Assembly (NCBI GenBank): GCA_000934665.2
Contig: KZ538213.1
Coordinates: forward strand, 62,001-99,817
Reading direction: 5' to 3'
DNA: 37,817 bases
Source: Catajapyx aquilonaris
Taxonomy: Eukaryota
Both the position numbers and the translations under genes were made by a program. Below, one piece after another: positions 37,529-37,817 of this stretch. Within the stretch, counting starts at the first letter, position 1. Each line of letters opens with the position of its first letter. The notes under the pieces were generated by a model, which searched no databases, was not told the DNA's origin, and saw only the letters and a program-made list of their open reading frames with translations.

Positions 37529-37817
37529 CGCCTTGGGCCCCGCGATTGGCATAAGTTTGAACCTAATTATCTCGGTAACTAGCATTCAGACACAAAACGA
37601 CACCTCTACATAAAACGGTCCCCTGAATGTTACAAGTATTATTAGAGAACTCCCTGTATTATGTGGCCCGTAAATGGTGGCTGTGCATTTCTGCGGAGAC
37701 GGGATTGCAGCACTAGGTTCCCCTTTCCGATTCCCTTTGTATAACCGCAGGTCGCATTTGCGACGACCCAATAACACTCTCTCTTACCTCCGCAGCGTTA
37801 CCCCCCCCCTCCCTCCC

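Overview
Eukaryotic, most likely arthropod (insect-like) genomic DNA that is almost entirely non-coding. AT-rich stretches alternate with purine- and poly-G/poly-C-rich stretches, and several assembly gaps (N) sit at G/C homopolymers. I can support one complete protein-coding gene, which the ORF track catches only in part because it is spliced. It is a 3-exon minus-strand gene (CDS 18075-18067, 17970-17872, 17809-17561) with TATA box, initiator, canonical GT-AG introns and AATAAA. It encodes a 118-aa secreted protein with a signal peptide, His/Gly/Asp-rich ends and ten tandem x-K-(V/Y)-P-V-x hexapeptides, resembling low-complexity Pro/Val-rich cuticular proteins. A CpG-rich, CRE-containing region at about 3.7-4.3 kb looks like the promoter and first exon of a larger plus-strand gene, in which case the small gene may be nested in an intron (inference). 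Other features: one clear TA-flanked Tc1/mariner-pogo-type MITE (26968-27449), a more decayed candidate MITE (5277-5836) containing a near-perfect 40-bp hairpin, and a 4 x 29-bp minisatellite with a perfect DRE (TATCGATA) in every unit (37413-37528). I found no prokaryotic systems, CRISPR arrays, rRNA, tRNA or recognisable conserved miRNA. Nearly all other ORFs in the track look spurious.
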